DNA of 64,000 bases from an uncultured archaeon (GTDB lineage: Archaea; Micrarchaeota; Micrarchaeia; Micrarchaeales; CABMGC01), in NCBI GenBank assembly GCA_963830445.1, contig CAWHMC010000005.1, positions 12,357-76,356 on the forward strand, in the 5' to 3' direction. Under the pieces are notes generated by a model. It saw nothing but the letters and a program-made list of their open reading frames with translations. It was not told the DNA's origin and ran no database searches. Numbering within the stretch: the stretch's first letter is position 1; every line of letters begins with the position of its first letter. The translations under genes were made by a program, and so were the position numbers. This document shows, one piece after another, positions 29,701 through 36,489 of this stretch.

Positions 29701-29784
29701 AGGATGGCCAATCATACTGAAGAGGATAAGTGCTAGTGCTAATGAGGCTAGGAGCAGTGCATGGCTAGTACGCAGGATTGTCAT
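26716..29784 (-). CDS. Giant (1022-aa) Sec-signal, repeat-rich, sequon-rich surface or adhesin-like protein
   Basis: Signal peptide MTILRTSHALLLASLALALILFSMIGHPVYA/SSS. Three roughly 95-aa Cys-containing beta modules (WGACFNY.GSSGQ.C...VPYGS..(N/D)YLCT.NW), Thr-rich linkers, and three Ig-like modules with GGTPP(Y/F).Y.W. Confidence 0.75.
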   Translation of the reverse strand: MTILRTSHALLLASLALALILFSMIGHPVYASSSAPVLVTIQETPSAASNSWGACFNYAGSSGQTCAGPGTPSASVEVPYGSQINYLCTANWDSLPNYNFASWSGAIPSSNPCITSGLSINVTSPLTIVANYAPIVTTTILYEPVTIEEGPQAAANSWGACFNYNGSSGQVCVGNGQASTTIQVPYGSDLDYLCTSNWGGSPAYNFYGWVENTNYWIPTLRYPASPCINYNYIVNITGPLTIQALYTATSSSTTTQSSTTTVSTTTTTSTTTVAYEQVTIQETPAAAATSWGACFNYAGSSGQTCAGPGTPSASVEVPYGSQINYLCTANWDSLPNYNFASWSGAIPSSNPCITSGLSINVTGPITLTADYASAPQAATTITSTPTTSTTTIVLNTPASTTNATTEPGTTITPLHVLMFADAVSPAGLASTSMVNSWVVASVGQPLTLSVSASGGTPPYNYRWFSTAATYDGGFENGNCTYMAYVQITGATSASYTAYPTVNTLYCVSITDSNNNLYDVAAWVTAVPSSKINIYPTWNGWQGPGYYMQGSTGLYPNFPHAYALFNLSWYFNSQAAYNRTFTTIPITITGNTWSWIGLRTAANGWQGSGFYAIYNYPNTTELGYNITSQNQYYTWLTNPNPTLYSLHGYQGPAYYTLKSSVTGMNSTVLIFNQSMYNNTLNLFGEVQNMKATLSVSSYTVQPGQAVTMTVNVIGGTPPFNYIWYTNPTGDSYIGQCLYQGYNETSQGGGATYVVHPTSTTRYCVKIYDNGMNNNSGDIYYLNTIINVSSTAKTAQAVTGDAVTSTITTATSTVYPTASTTAPLNASLSASSQTASQGQPVTLTVSAVGGTPPYSYHWFSTANSSTGSPSCNSNAYTLIPNTTSSSYTVNPSSTTTYCVSVSDISVDIYDTAATVLVTQAQTQAAPSNSQPASVVIGPSYFVSAPTPTTTIPVPVPKLIAQTASTAAPSTSTSTVLTTIPTPVNATVSTPSPQQYIYNNGKPTVDDVINGALGSATNYLSRLVQ
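28700..28918 (-). repeat. Intragenic direct repeat, copy A (pairs with 29417-29635)
   Basis: Positions 28715-28908 are identical over 194 bp to 29432-29625 at an offset of 717 nt. The flanks are near-identical. Confidence 0.9.
29417..29635 (-). repeat. Intragenic direct repeat, copy B (pairs with 28700-28918)
   Basis: See copy A. One mismatch occurs at 29431 vs 28714 before the 194-bp identical run. Confidence 0.9.
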
Positions 29785-29813
29785 CTTTGCACAGTATGCG
29801 TAAGCATAAATCA

Positions 29814-29828
29814 GATATATAGTGCTTT
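29814..29828 (-). promoter_or_regulatory. BRE/TATA-like promoter (AAAGCACTATATATC on the minus strand) of the 1022-aa gene
   Basis: The TATA tract is centred about 34 nt upstream of the ATG at 29784. It shares the AAAGC-plus-TATA layout with other promoters in the window. Confidence 0.45.
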
Positions 29829-29870
29829 CCCTCAGCTATTCTTGATGGGAACCCCTTAGTGCGTCTAGGG

Positions 29871-30461
29871 CTATCTTAGATTCTGCGCTATGGTGTTTAT
29901 TATGCTAGTTTCTTGGGAGGAGGTGAGTGCGCCGTTTGGCTCGTTAAGGGTGACGCTGACGAACAGGTTGTTCTTGTAGCCTGTTAGCGACAGGAAGGCC
30001 GGGGAGCCCGGCGCCGCGATTAATATTAAAGAGTAGGTGAAGTTGTCTGCGGTGCCCGATGCCATCTGCGCCTGGTTTTGAATTTGTGCGAGCTTGGCGA
30101 CTATCGAATTGTAATTGTTCTTTATCATCCCATATTTGCTTACGATGCTTGTATTGACCAGGTGTATACTCTCCTTGAATGAGGTGGGATTGTTTGGATC
30201 ACTGGTCTGGAAGCTTATCGAGGATAGGAGTGTGTAATTATCAGTGCCTGTGTTGTTTGAGGTTAGACATGCACCATTGCAGTAGGTGTAGGTGCCGGTG
30301 CCGAACGTTGAGGAGAGTTGATAGGGTGTTGGCATATCAGGAACTGCGACAGGTGAAATGAAATATAGGACCATGGCCGCAAGAATAATTAGTAGGGCTA
30401 TTATCATAGCGTATACTTTCTTGTTTTTCGAAAGCGGCGTTTTGGAGTTGTTGGAATCCAT
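29871..30461 (-). CDS. Small N-terminally anchored extracellular protein, paralog of 32561-33169
   Basis: TM helix YAMIIALLIILAAMVLYFI. The C-terminal block FTYSLILIAAPGSPAFLSLTGYKNNLFVSVTL matches MTYTLFTISIGGGSGLHLIGYKGDLLISMDV in the paralog. The Met at 30461 lies 11 nt after the upstream stop. Confidence 0.65.
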   Translation of the reverse strand: MDSNNSKTPLSKNKKVYAMIIALLIILAAMVLYFISPVAVPDMPTPYQLSSTFGTGTYTYCNGACLTSNNTGTDNYTLLSSISFQTSDPNNPTSFKESIHLVNTSIVSKYGMIKNNYNSIVAKLAQIQNQAQMASGTADNFTYSLILIAAPGSPAFLSLTGYKNNLFVSVTLNEPNGALTSSQETSIINTIAQNLR

Positions 30462-30472
30462 TTTATCACAGT

Positions 30473-32506
30473 TTATGCGTATGAACAGTAGCCGCCCTGG
30501 GTGGTGATCCATGTTCCTCCGCTTGCCCTACATGATGCCGGCGTGTTTATCGTTGTGGTGAATGGCACGGTAGTGGTTGACACCGTAGTGCTGGTTGTCG
30601 GACATGAGCCCCCGTTCTGTCCGGCCAGTGGGGTGTAGGTTATTGAAGCGTATTCGTAGGAGGAGATGGTGCCGGTTGGGCAAAGGTGGCTTGGGTCGTT
30701 CGTGCCGCAGCCTCCGCCTCCCAACGTTACGTTCAGGTAACTGTACCCTGCTGGATTGAAGTCTTGGTCCGCCTCTGCTATTGCCAGGTCCGACTCTGTG
30801 TCTGTGGCGTTGGACCAGGTCGTCGAGGGATTACTAAAAGTGCTAGGGCCTATTCCAGTAAATGCGTAGGCGACGTCTGGGCCGTATTGATCCTCTACGA
30901 ATCCTATCGCGTGTAGGTGGATGTTTGTGGCGTTCGGATATTGGGTGAGGTCTACCCCGTAGTTCCAGACATAGGATGGTCCGTAGCCTCTCCCTGCTGA
31001 GACCAGAGAGACGGTCTCTTGAGAACAGAGGGGCAGGATGGTGGTGGTTGTGGAAGTGCTCGTGGTTGATGTTGTGCTTGTGGACTGTACAACTAATGCT
31101 GCGGTTGGCGAAAGTACAGGATCGTCCGCTCCATAGCAGAAGTAATAGGTCCCTGCACTTTGAGTTTGAGCGGAGGAGATGGTTTGGGTATTTGTGCAAC
31201 CGCTAGTACATAGTAGAGCAGCTACACTACAAGGACCTGAGGATTGCCCAGAAGCCTGATACCATCCTGAAACGTATGTGCCTGCCGGACCACTCGCATC
31301 GGCAGTTAGTGTTGCAGTCTGCCCAGTGGTTATCGTTGATGGGTATATTGATGGCGTGCCGGCGTAGATTAGGATACTCGTTGTTGTGGTGGAAGCGGAT
31401 GTTGACGTGCTTGTGGATGTTGATGTTGAAGTTGACGTGGAGGTGCTGGTGGAGGTGGAAGTCGACGTCGTTGAAGTGGTCGTTATCGCGACGTAGTTCG
31501 CCTGCAGTGTCATCGGTGCGTTCACCGTGGGCCCTGCGATGCTCGACGGGCATGCGGTGCTCGAGCTGTATCCGTTGCTCCAGCTCGTGAATCCGTAGGC
31601 GCCGTTGTTGTTGTAGTTAGGTTGGGTGCAGATGAATGAGATCGTGGACCCAGAAGGGACGGACTCTGAGACTGAGGATTGCCCTGCGCCGTTGCAGAAC
31701 AAGGCGGTTTGGTTGCTCTGGTAGGTGTACTTGAAGCACGCCTGCCAGTCGGCTCCTACTGCTCCCGGGCTTAGCTGCAGAGTCACCGTGTAGTAGGTTA
31801 TTCCCATGATCGTGGTTGAGGTAGTCGAGGAGGTAGTGCTTGTTGTGGTGGACGTGGATGTGGAAGTCGTTGAGGAAGAGGGTATTGTAGATCCGCCGCC
31901 GGAGACTGTGGTAGTGCTGCTTGAGCTTGATGCTGTGGAGGCAGCAGAGGTTGGGGACGTTGTTGTGGCGGTTGTTGATGTCGTCGATGCCGTTTGTGGC
32001 GCTGGGGTTGGCCCGGGAGCGGATACGACCGCCGTGCCGGCAATCTTTAATGCGGTGAGGGCGCTTGGATTGCTGCAGGCGCCGGTGTTGCACTCCTTGT
32101 ACTGTATGTAGAACTCAGGGTTGACCTGACTCCCCTGGGTCGGGCTGAAGCCTTTTATGAATGTTGAGCAGCTAGCGCTCTGGCCGGGAAGCAGCTGGGT
32201 CGTATTACAGGATCCTGACGCGTACTGGCTGCCGACAGCCGGAGAGACCACATACCCGGTTATCAGCATCGGCGTGCTTTGAAGGTTGGTGAAGAGGGTG
32301 GTGAGGTTGGATCCCAGGGTGTTTGACGTGAAGGTCGTCCTGTAGCAGTCGATCTCCGCTGAGATATAGCAGTAGGAGGAGGTTGATGCTATCTGCCGCT
32401 GCACCGTCGCTATGGCGAAGATTGCTGAGATGGTAAGGATGAGTAAAGCTATCGCCCAGGAGTACTGCATAAGGAATTCTGTTGAGGATTGGCCCTTTAA
32501 ATCCAT
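30473..32506 (-). CDS. Large (677-aa) protein with a class III (prepilin-like) signal peptide, conserved pilin-like N-module and adhesin-like C-terminal domains
   Basis: N-terminus MDLKGQ/SSTEFLMQYSWAIALLILTISAIFAI. A Cys-patterned module is shared with 33180-34856 and 34919-36430. Long Ser/Thr linkers include (ST)n, and a Cys beta-module is related to those in 26716-29784. Confidence 0.75.
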   Translation of the reverse strand: MDLKGQSSTEFLMQYSWAIALLILTISAIFAIATVQRQIASTSSYCYISAEIDCYRTTFTSNTLGSNLTTLFTNLQSTPMLITGYVVSPAVGSQYASGSCNTTQLLPGQSASCSTFIKGFSPTQGSQVNPEFYIQYKECNTGACSNPSALTALKIAGTAVVSAPGPTPAPQTASTTSTTATTTSPTSAASTASSSSSTTTVSGGGSTIPSSSTTSTSTSTTTSTTSSTTSTTIMGITYYTVTLQLSPGAVGADWQACFKYTYQSNQTALFCNGAGQSSVSESVPSGSTISFICTQPNYNNNGAYGFTSWSNGYSSSTACPSSIAGPTVNAPMTLQANYVAITTTSTTSTSTSTSTSTSTSTSTSTSTSTSASTTTTSILIYAGTPSIYPSTITTGQTATLTADASGPAGTYVSGWYQASGQSSGPCSVAALLCTSGCTNTQTISSAQTQSAGTYYFCYGADDPVLSPTAALVVQSTSTTSTTSTSTTTTILPLCSQETVSLVSAGRGYGPSYVWNYGVDLTQYPNATNIHLHAIGFVEDQYGPDVAYAFTGIGPSTFSNPSTTWSNATDTESDLAIAEADQDFNPAGYSYLNVTLGGGGCGTNDPSHLCPTGTISSYEYASITYTPLAGQNGGSCPTTSTTVSTTTVPFTTTINTPASCRASGGTWITTQGGYCSYA

Positions 32507-32560
32507 GAATTAACTATTGATTAAAAACAATTATATATTCATTGCTATTGCGCCGTACAT

Positions 32561-33169
32561 CTAGGATACTTGCGCCACGGCCGTAATGAGGTTGTTCTTG
32601 GTTGCGTTGTTTGTGTAGGGAGGTAGACCGACAACGTCCATGGAGATGAGTAGGTCTCCCTTGTATCCGATAAGGTGCAGGCCAGACCCCCCGCCGATGC
32701 TTATCGTGAAGAGGGTGTAGGTCATCCCATTTATAGTGCCAGACGCGGTTGCCTGTATCGAGCTGGCGCCGGTGTAGTTCTTGAAGATTCTGATCGTGCT
32801 GTTATACCATGCGCTTGAGGAGTAGCGGGCATTACTAGTTGGGTACAGTATAGCCTCGATGGATTTGCCGGTTGTAGGTGCGCTGAAATTGAACAGCGCC
32901 GTGGCGATGTCCATGGGCGTGTTATTGTTATTGATACGTATGTATGCGGATGTTATTTGGGAGCTATAACTGCCGCTGGCGCCCAGTATCCTCGAGAGGG
33001 AGGTTTGGTTTAGGAGTAATGAGGGTGCTGTTGGAATTTGCTGTGGGATGGTGGTGGTCGTGGTGGTGCTTGTTGGAACCGTAGAGGAGAAATGCAGTAC
33101 GAAGCATGCACCTATCGCTATCACTAAAACTATTGCAACAGCCGTATACAAGAGTCTTTCGTTTTTCAT
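32561..33169 (-). CDS. Small N-terminally anchored extracellular protein, paralog of 29871-30461
   Basis: TM helix LLYTAVAIVLVIAIGACFVL, a Thr linker, and the shared C-terminal block. The start lies 10 nt after the upstream stop. Confidence 0.65.
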   Translation of the reverse strand: MKNERLLYTAVAIVLVIAIGACFVLHFSSTVPTSTTTTTTIPQQIPTAPSLLLNQTSLSRILGASGSYSSQITSAYIRINNNNTPMDIATALFNFSAPTTGKSIEAILYPTSNARYSSSAWYNSTIRIFKNYTGASSIQATASGTINGMTYTLFTISIGGGSGLHLIGYKGDLLISMDVVGLPPYTNNATKNNLITAVAQVS

Positions 33170-33179
33170 GAAATCATAT

Positions 33180-34856
33180 CTATATGCTTACAACTGTGCT
33201 GTTGGATTCCAGAATGGCCCAGGCTGTTGAGCCTCCGCCACCGTTAGGATGCACGTATACGTAGCCATATATGCGATAGTTGCCAGCCGGTAGACCGCCC
33301 TCCGTCCACTGGAAGGTAGCTGCCGGACCGCCCTGGCCGGCATTGCTTGCTATTACGCTGTCCGGATCATTGTAATTATTGGCTCCGTTAACTGCGGTCG
33401 GATAGTAATTTCCTTGGACCGGCCCCCAGCATCCGGCGTTCGGAAGGCCCGCCGGAATCTGCGCTTCTAGGTAGAACGAGCCGTAGTAAATGTTTTCTGA
33501 GCTGCGGCTATCCGAGTTCCAGTTGAACGTGAATGTGCCGGAGCTGTAACCGAACGAAGTACTAGGCATGTAGGAGCCATAGGGGCCGAGCCCGTAGTCG
33601 GGAACTAGTATGTATGCGGGGGTGGCCAATGGTGAAGCGCCCGCGCTCTGTATATTGTAAGGCCCTTGCCACCCTCCACCCGGGTTTTGCGGGCCGGGAT
33701 TTCCGCAGCTGTAGGAGTAGCTCACTGTCGTGGTGGTGCTCGATGTGGTGGTTGAGGTTGTCGATGTAGTGTATGTTCCGGTGATTGTGACTGGTCCCGC
33801 AACTGGGCTGCCGACGTTCGGGTCGTATTTGTTGCCCGAGTAGCTGATCCCGCTCCAGCCCTGCAGGTCGTAGGGCCCATTGCCCCACCAGCCCGCGGTG
33901 GCCAGGTAGTTGATTGTTGATCCATAGGGCACATCTACGGTAGCGCTTGGTTGCCCGTAACCTGTGCAGGTCTGTGGCTGGGTTGTCCCGTCAGGCATGG
34001 TATAGTTGACGCAGGCGGCCCAGTAGGTCGAGACTGCGCTCGGGGTTATCTCAAGGGTAACCGGTTCGTATTGTATTGATGTTGTGGAAGTGCTTGAGGT
34101 GGTGCTTGGGGTTGTGCTGCTGGCGAGAGTGGTGGACGTAGAGGTCGAGGTGCTGGTGGAGGTGGTGGTCGAGATTGTACTGCCGACAATGGTGGTTGTG
34201 GCTGTGCTGGTCGACGTGGATGAGGTGGATGTTGAAGCGCTTGTGGGTGGAGGACCGCCGGATACAGTGGTGGTGGAAGTTGTAATGGTTGTGGAGGCCG
34301 TAGACGTTGTTGAGGTAGAGGTGGTGCTACTGCTTGCCGTAGTCACGGGTCTGGGGGTTACCGGTGGCACCTGGAGTATGGCCGTACCGGCTATTCCCAG
34401 CTGCTTCAGGCTGCTGGCGTTCATGCACGTGCCGCTGCACTCCTTGTACTGGACATAGAAAACCGGGTTTAGCTGGGCGCCTACCGCGGGAGTGAAGCCC
34501 TGGACTGTAGAGTAGCAGGCCGCGCTCTGGCCTATCTGCAGGACGGTGGCATTGCATCCGCCCGCGGTGTAGGCCCCGGTGCTCGTCGGAGAGACCGCAT
34601 ACCCGGTTAGGAGTATTGCCGTGTCCTGGAGGTTTGTGAAGCGCGTCGTTATGTTGGAACCCATGGTGTTTAGACTGATGGAGGTCTGGTAGCAGTAGAA
34701 CTCGGGGGAGATGTAGCAGTAGGACGGCACCTGCTGCAGCTGGCGCTGGGCGGATGAGATGAATAGGACGGCTGAGAGGGTAATCACCAGGAGGACGAGA
34801 GCCCAGGAGTACTGAGCTATGAACTCTAGAGAGGACTGCCCCTTGCTCGTGCGCAT
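33180..34856 (-). CDS. Large (558-aa) protein with a class III (prepilin-like) signal peptide, conserved pilin-like N-module and adhesin-like C-terminal domains
   Basis: N-terminus MRTSKGQ/SSLEFIAQYSWALVLLVITLSAVLFI. I chose the Met at 34856 because the 44 upstream codons of the tracked ORF overlap the previous gene's 3' end, while AAAGCTTTATAAGG lies about 34 nt upstream of 34856. Confidence 0.75.
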   Translation of the reverse strand: MRTSKGQSSLEFIAQYSWALVLLVITLSAVLFISSAQRQLQQVPSYCYISPEFYCYQTSISLNTMGSNITTRFTNLQDTAILLTGYAVSPTSTGAYTAGGCNATVLQIGQSAACYSTVQGFTPAVGAQLNPVFYVQYKECSGTCMNASSLKQLGIAGTAILQVPPVTPRPVTTASSSTTSTSTTSTASTTITTSTTTVSGGPPPTSASTSTSSTSTSTATTTIVGSTISTTTSTSTSTSTSTTLASSTTPSTTSSTSTTSIQYEPVTLEITPSAVSTYWAACVNYTMPDGTTQPQTCTGYGQPSATVDVPYGSTINYLATAGWWGNGPYDLQGWSGISYSGNKYDPNVGSPVAGPVTITGTYTTSTTSTTTSSTTTTVSYSYSCGNPGPQNPGGGWQGPYNIQSAGASPLATPAYILVPDYGLGPYGSYMPSTSFGYSSGTFTFNWNSDSRSSENIYYGSFYLEAQIPAGLPNAGCWGPVQGNYYPTAVNGANNYNDPDSVIASNAGQGGPAATFQWTEGGLPAGNYRIYGYVYVHPNGGGGSTAWAILESNSTVVSI

Positions 34857-34885
34857 TGTATCCAGAGAAAAAGGTCTGCCTAGCC

Positions 34886-34897
34886 TTATAAAGCTTT
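34886..34897 (-). promoter_or_regulatory. BRE/TATA-like promoter (AAAGCTTTATAA on the minus strand)
   Basis: Lies in the 62-nt spacer between the two prepilin-like genes, about 34 nt upstream of the ATG at 34856. Confidence 0.5.
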
Positions 34898-34918
34898 TGC
34901 ACAGCGCAGGCCGCGGGG

Positions 34919-36430
34919 CTAGTTGACCGTGCCGAAAGTCGCGGTGGGCATGGCTCCGCCGGGCAGCAGGGTGCGCGTGCGTACCCACTCTACATACAGG
35001 TTGACGGTATTAGGTGCGGGGCCCGTCGCACGGAGCGTGACGTTGAACGGCGGCGGAGGGATGTAGGTGGTCAGCGTGGACGGAGAACCGTAATCCCTGT
35101 AGGTAGTGGCGCTGGTGCCGGTGTAATACAAACCGAAGACGTGATTGTAATTGTCATAGGTGTAGCTGTTTAGGGATTGGCTCAGGCCGTTGTAGGCGAT
35201 GAAAACGAACGAGCCCAGGTAGGCGTCCCAACCTACCTTGTACAGGCCCCCGTCTATTCCTGGAGTTGCGAAGAATAGCAGGCTCGTCTGACCCAGTCCT
35301 CCGGAAAGCGATCCGGTGAAGTTGCCGTAGAACTCCAGGACATCGCGCGCTGCGCTGTTTCCGAACGTGTTCGAGGTTGATGAGATGCGGCAGTCGCAGC
35401 CGCCGGTGCCGTACAGCGTTATGCCGTTGTCCACCAGGGAGTTGGCAAATGCTCCTGCTCCGTAGATCCAGTTTGGGCCGGGTACCTGGCCGGCGAAGTT
35501 GTCGTAGAAGCTGAATACCTGGGCACCGTCGTCATACTGGCCGTAGGTGCCGCGGCAGGTCGCCGGGTTCGAATTGCCGCAGGTGAGCAAGGGGGCAAGG
35601 CCCGTCGGTCCCGCGGTTGAGAGCACGAAATTTGGCATGAAGTCCATGTAGATTATGGTGTTGGCGCCGGAGGGGATGCTGTTCGCCACCTTCACCCACA
35701 CTACGGTGTGGGTGGCTGTGCCTGTGGCGTTGCTCTCCACCCAGGCGTTGAGCAGGCTGCCCGTGGCATTGGGACCCGTGGTGAACTCGACGTTAGACCA
35801 GGCGGTGCTGATGGGGTACTTGTAGCTGGGAATGGCAAGCATCTGCTGGTAGTTCGCACCGGTGGGGCTGGCCTGGAAGTTGGTCAGTGTAATCGGGACA
35901 TAATAGACGCGCGTCAGGGTGGTGGCGATTATGGCAGGCGCCTGGACGACCGCGCTCCCGCGCGTGGTGAACGTCTGGGTCTCGGTTGCCGGGTTGCATA
36001 TGTAATTATTACATAGTTTATAGCCCAAACTTAATTGCGGAGAGATCTGTGATCCGGTGCTGGGAAGGAAGTTGCCTGAGAAGGAGGTGCATGAAGCCGT
36101 CTGGCCGGGCTGGAGCACGGAGGCGTTGCATACTCCAGGCGCATAGGTGCCGGAAATAGTTGGTGCTGTGGAGTAACTAGTCAGTATTATGGGTGCATCC
36201 TGTTGGTTTGTGATGAATGTAGTGAAGAGCGTGCCGGTGGTGTTCATCTGCATGGAGGTCTGATAGCAGTTGATCTCTGGGGAGATGTAGCAGTAGGTGG
36301 AGGAGTTGGCGTACTTCTGCTGCGACATTGAGATGTAGTATACGACGCCTACCGCAACCGCTATGATCAGTATCGCCCAGGAGTATTGTATGACGAACTC
36401 CGTAGCGGCCTGTCCCTTTATCTGATCCAT
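34919..36430 (-). CDS. Large (503-aa) protein with a class III (prepilin-like) signal peptide fused to DUF2341-like and LamG/ConA-like lectin domains
   Basis: N-terminus MDQIKGQ/AATEFVIQYSWAILIIAVAVGVVYYI. The DUF2341-like block is YYVPITLTN...WSNVEFTT...LLNAWVES...HTVVWVKVANSIPSGANTIIYMDF. The C-terminal LYVEWVRTRTLLPGGAMP is typical of the associated LamG-like domain. Confidence 0.75.
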   Translation of the reverse strand: MDQIKGQAATEFVIQYSWAILIIAVAVGVVYYISMSQQKYANSSTYCYISPEINCYQTSMQMNTTGTLFTTFITNQQDAPIILTSYSTAPTISGTYAPGVCNASVLQPGQTASCTSFSGNFLPSTGSQISPQLSLGYKLCNNYICNPATETQTFTTRGSAVVQAPAIIATTLTRVYYVPITLTNFQASPTGANYQQMLAIPSYKYPISTAWSNVEFTTGPNATGSLLNAWVESNATGTATHTVVWVKVANSIPSGANTIIYMDFMPNFVLSTAGPTGLAPLLTCGNSNPATCRGTYGQYDDGAQVFSFYDNFAGQVPGPNWIYGAGAFANSLVDNGITLYGTGGCDCRISSTSNTFGNSAARDVLEFYGNFTGSLSGGLGQTSLLFFATPGIDGGLYKVGWDAYLGSFVFIAYNGLSQSLNSYTYDNYNHVFGLYYTGTSATTYRDYGSPSTLTTYIPPPPFNVTLRATGPAPNTVNLYVEWVRTRTLLPGGAMPTATFGTVN

Positions 36431-36459
36431 GTCTCTCCTTAGTGGATAACTATTCTGCG

Positions 36460-36472
36460 TTTATAAAGCTTT
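36460..36472. promoter_or_regulatory. Palindromic TATA (TTTATAAAGCTTT) in a divergent intergenic region, probably a bidirectional promoter
   Basis: It lies 30-40 nt upstream of the minus-strand ATG at 36430 and about 20-30 nt upstream of the plus-strand ATG at 36490. Confidence 0.5.
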
Positions 36473-36489
36473 GTTCAGAATATAGAAAC

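Noticed and set aside
31806-32111. Val/Glu/Asp-rich ORFs (VVEVVEEVV...) here and at 34084-34458, 14578-14766 and 33048-33230. The underlying DNA looks periodic.
   Set aside because: They are the reverse-complement reading of the Ser/Thr linker codons (ACN/AGY/TCN) in the surface-protein genes. The periodicity is coding low complexity with degenerate codons. It is not a CRISPR array or a microsatellite, because there are no constant repeats with unique spacers.
33180-34988. The tracked 602-aa version of the second prepilin-like gene, beginning MGTHAHPAARRSHAHRDF...
   Set aside because: The extra 44 codons overlap the 3' end of the upstream gene and cover its own TATA element. Starting at Met 34856 gives an N-terminus that aligns residue for residue with the two paralogs.
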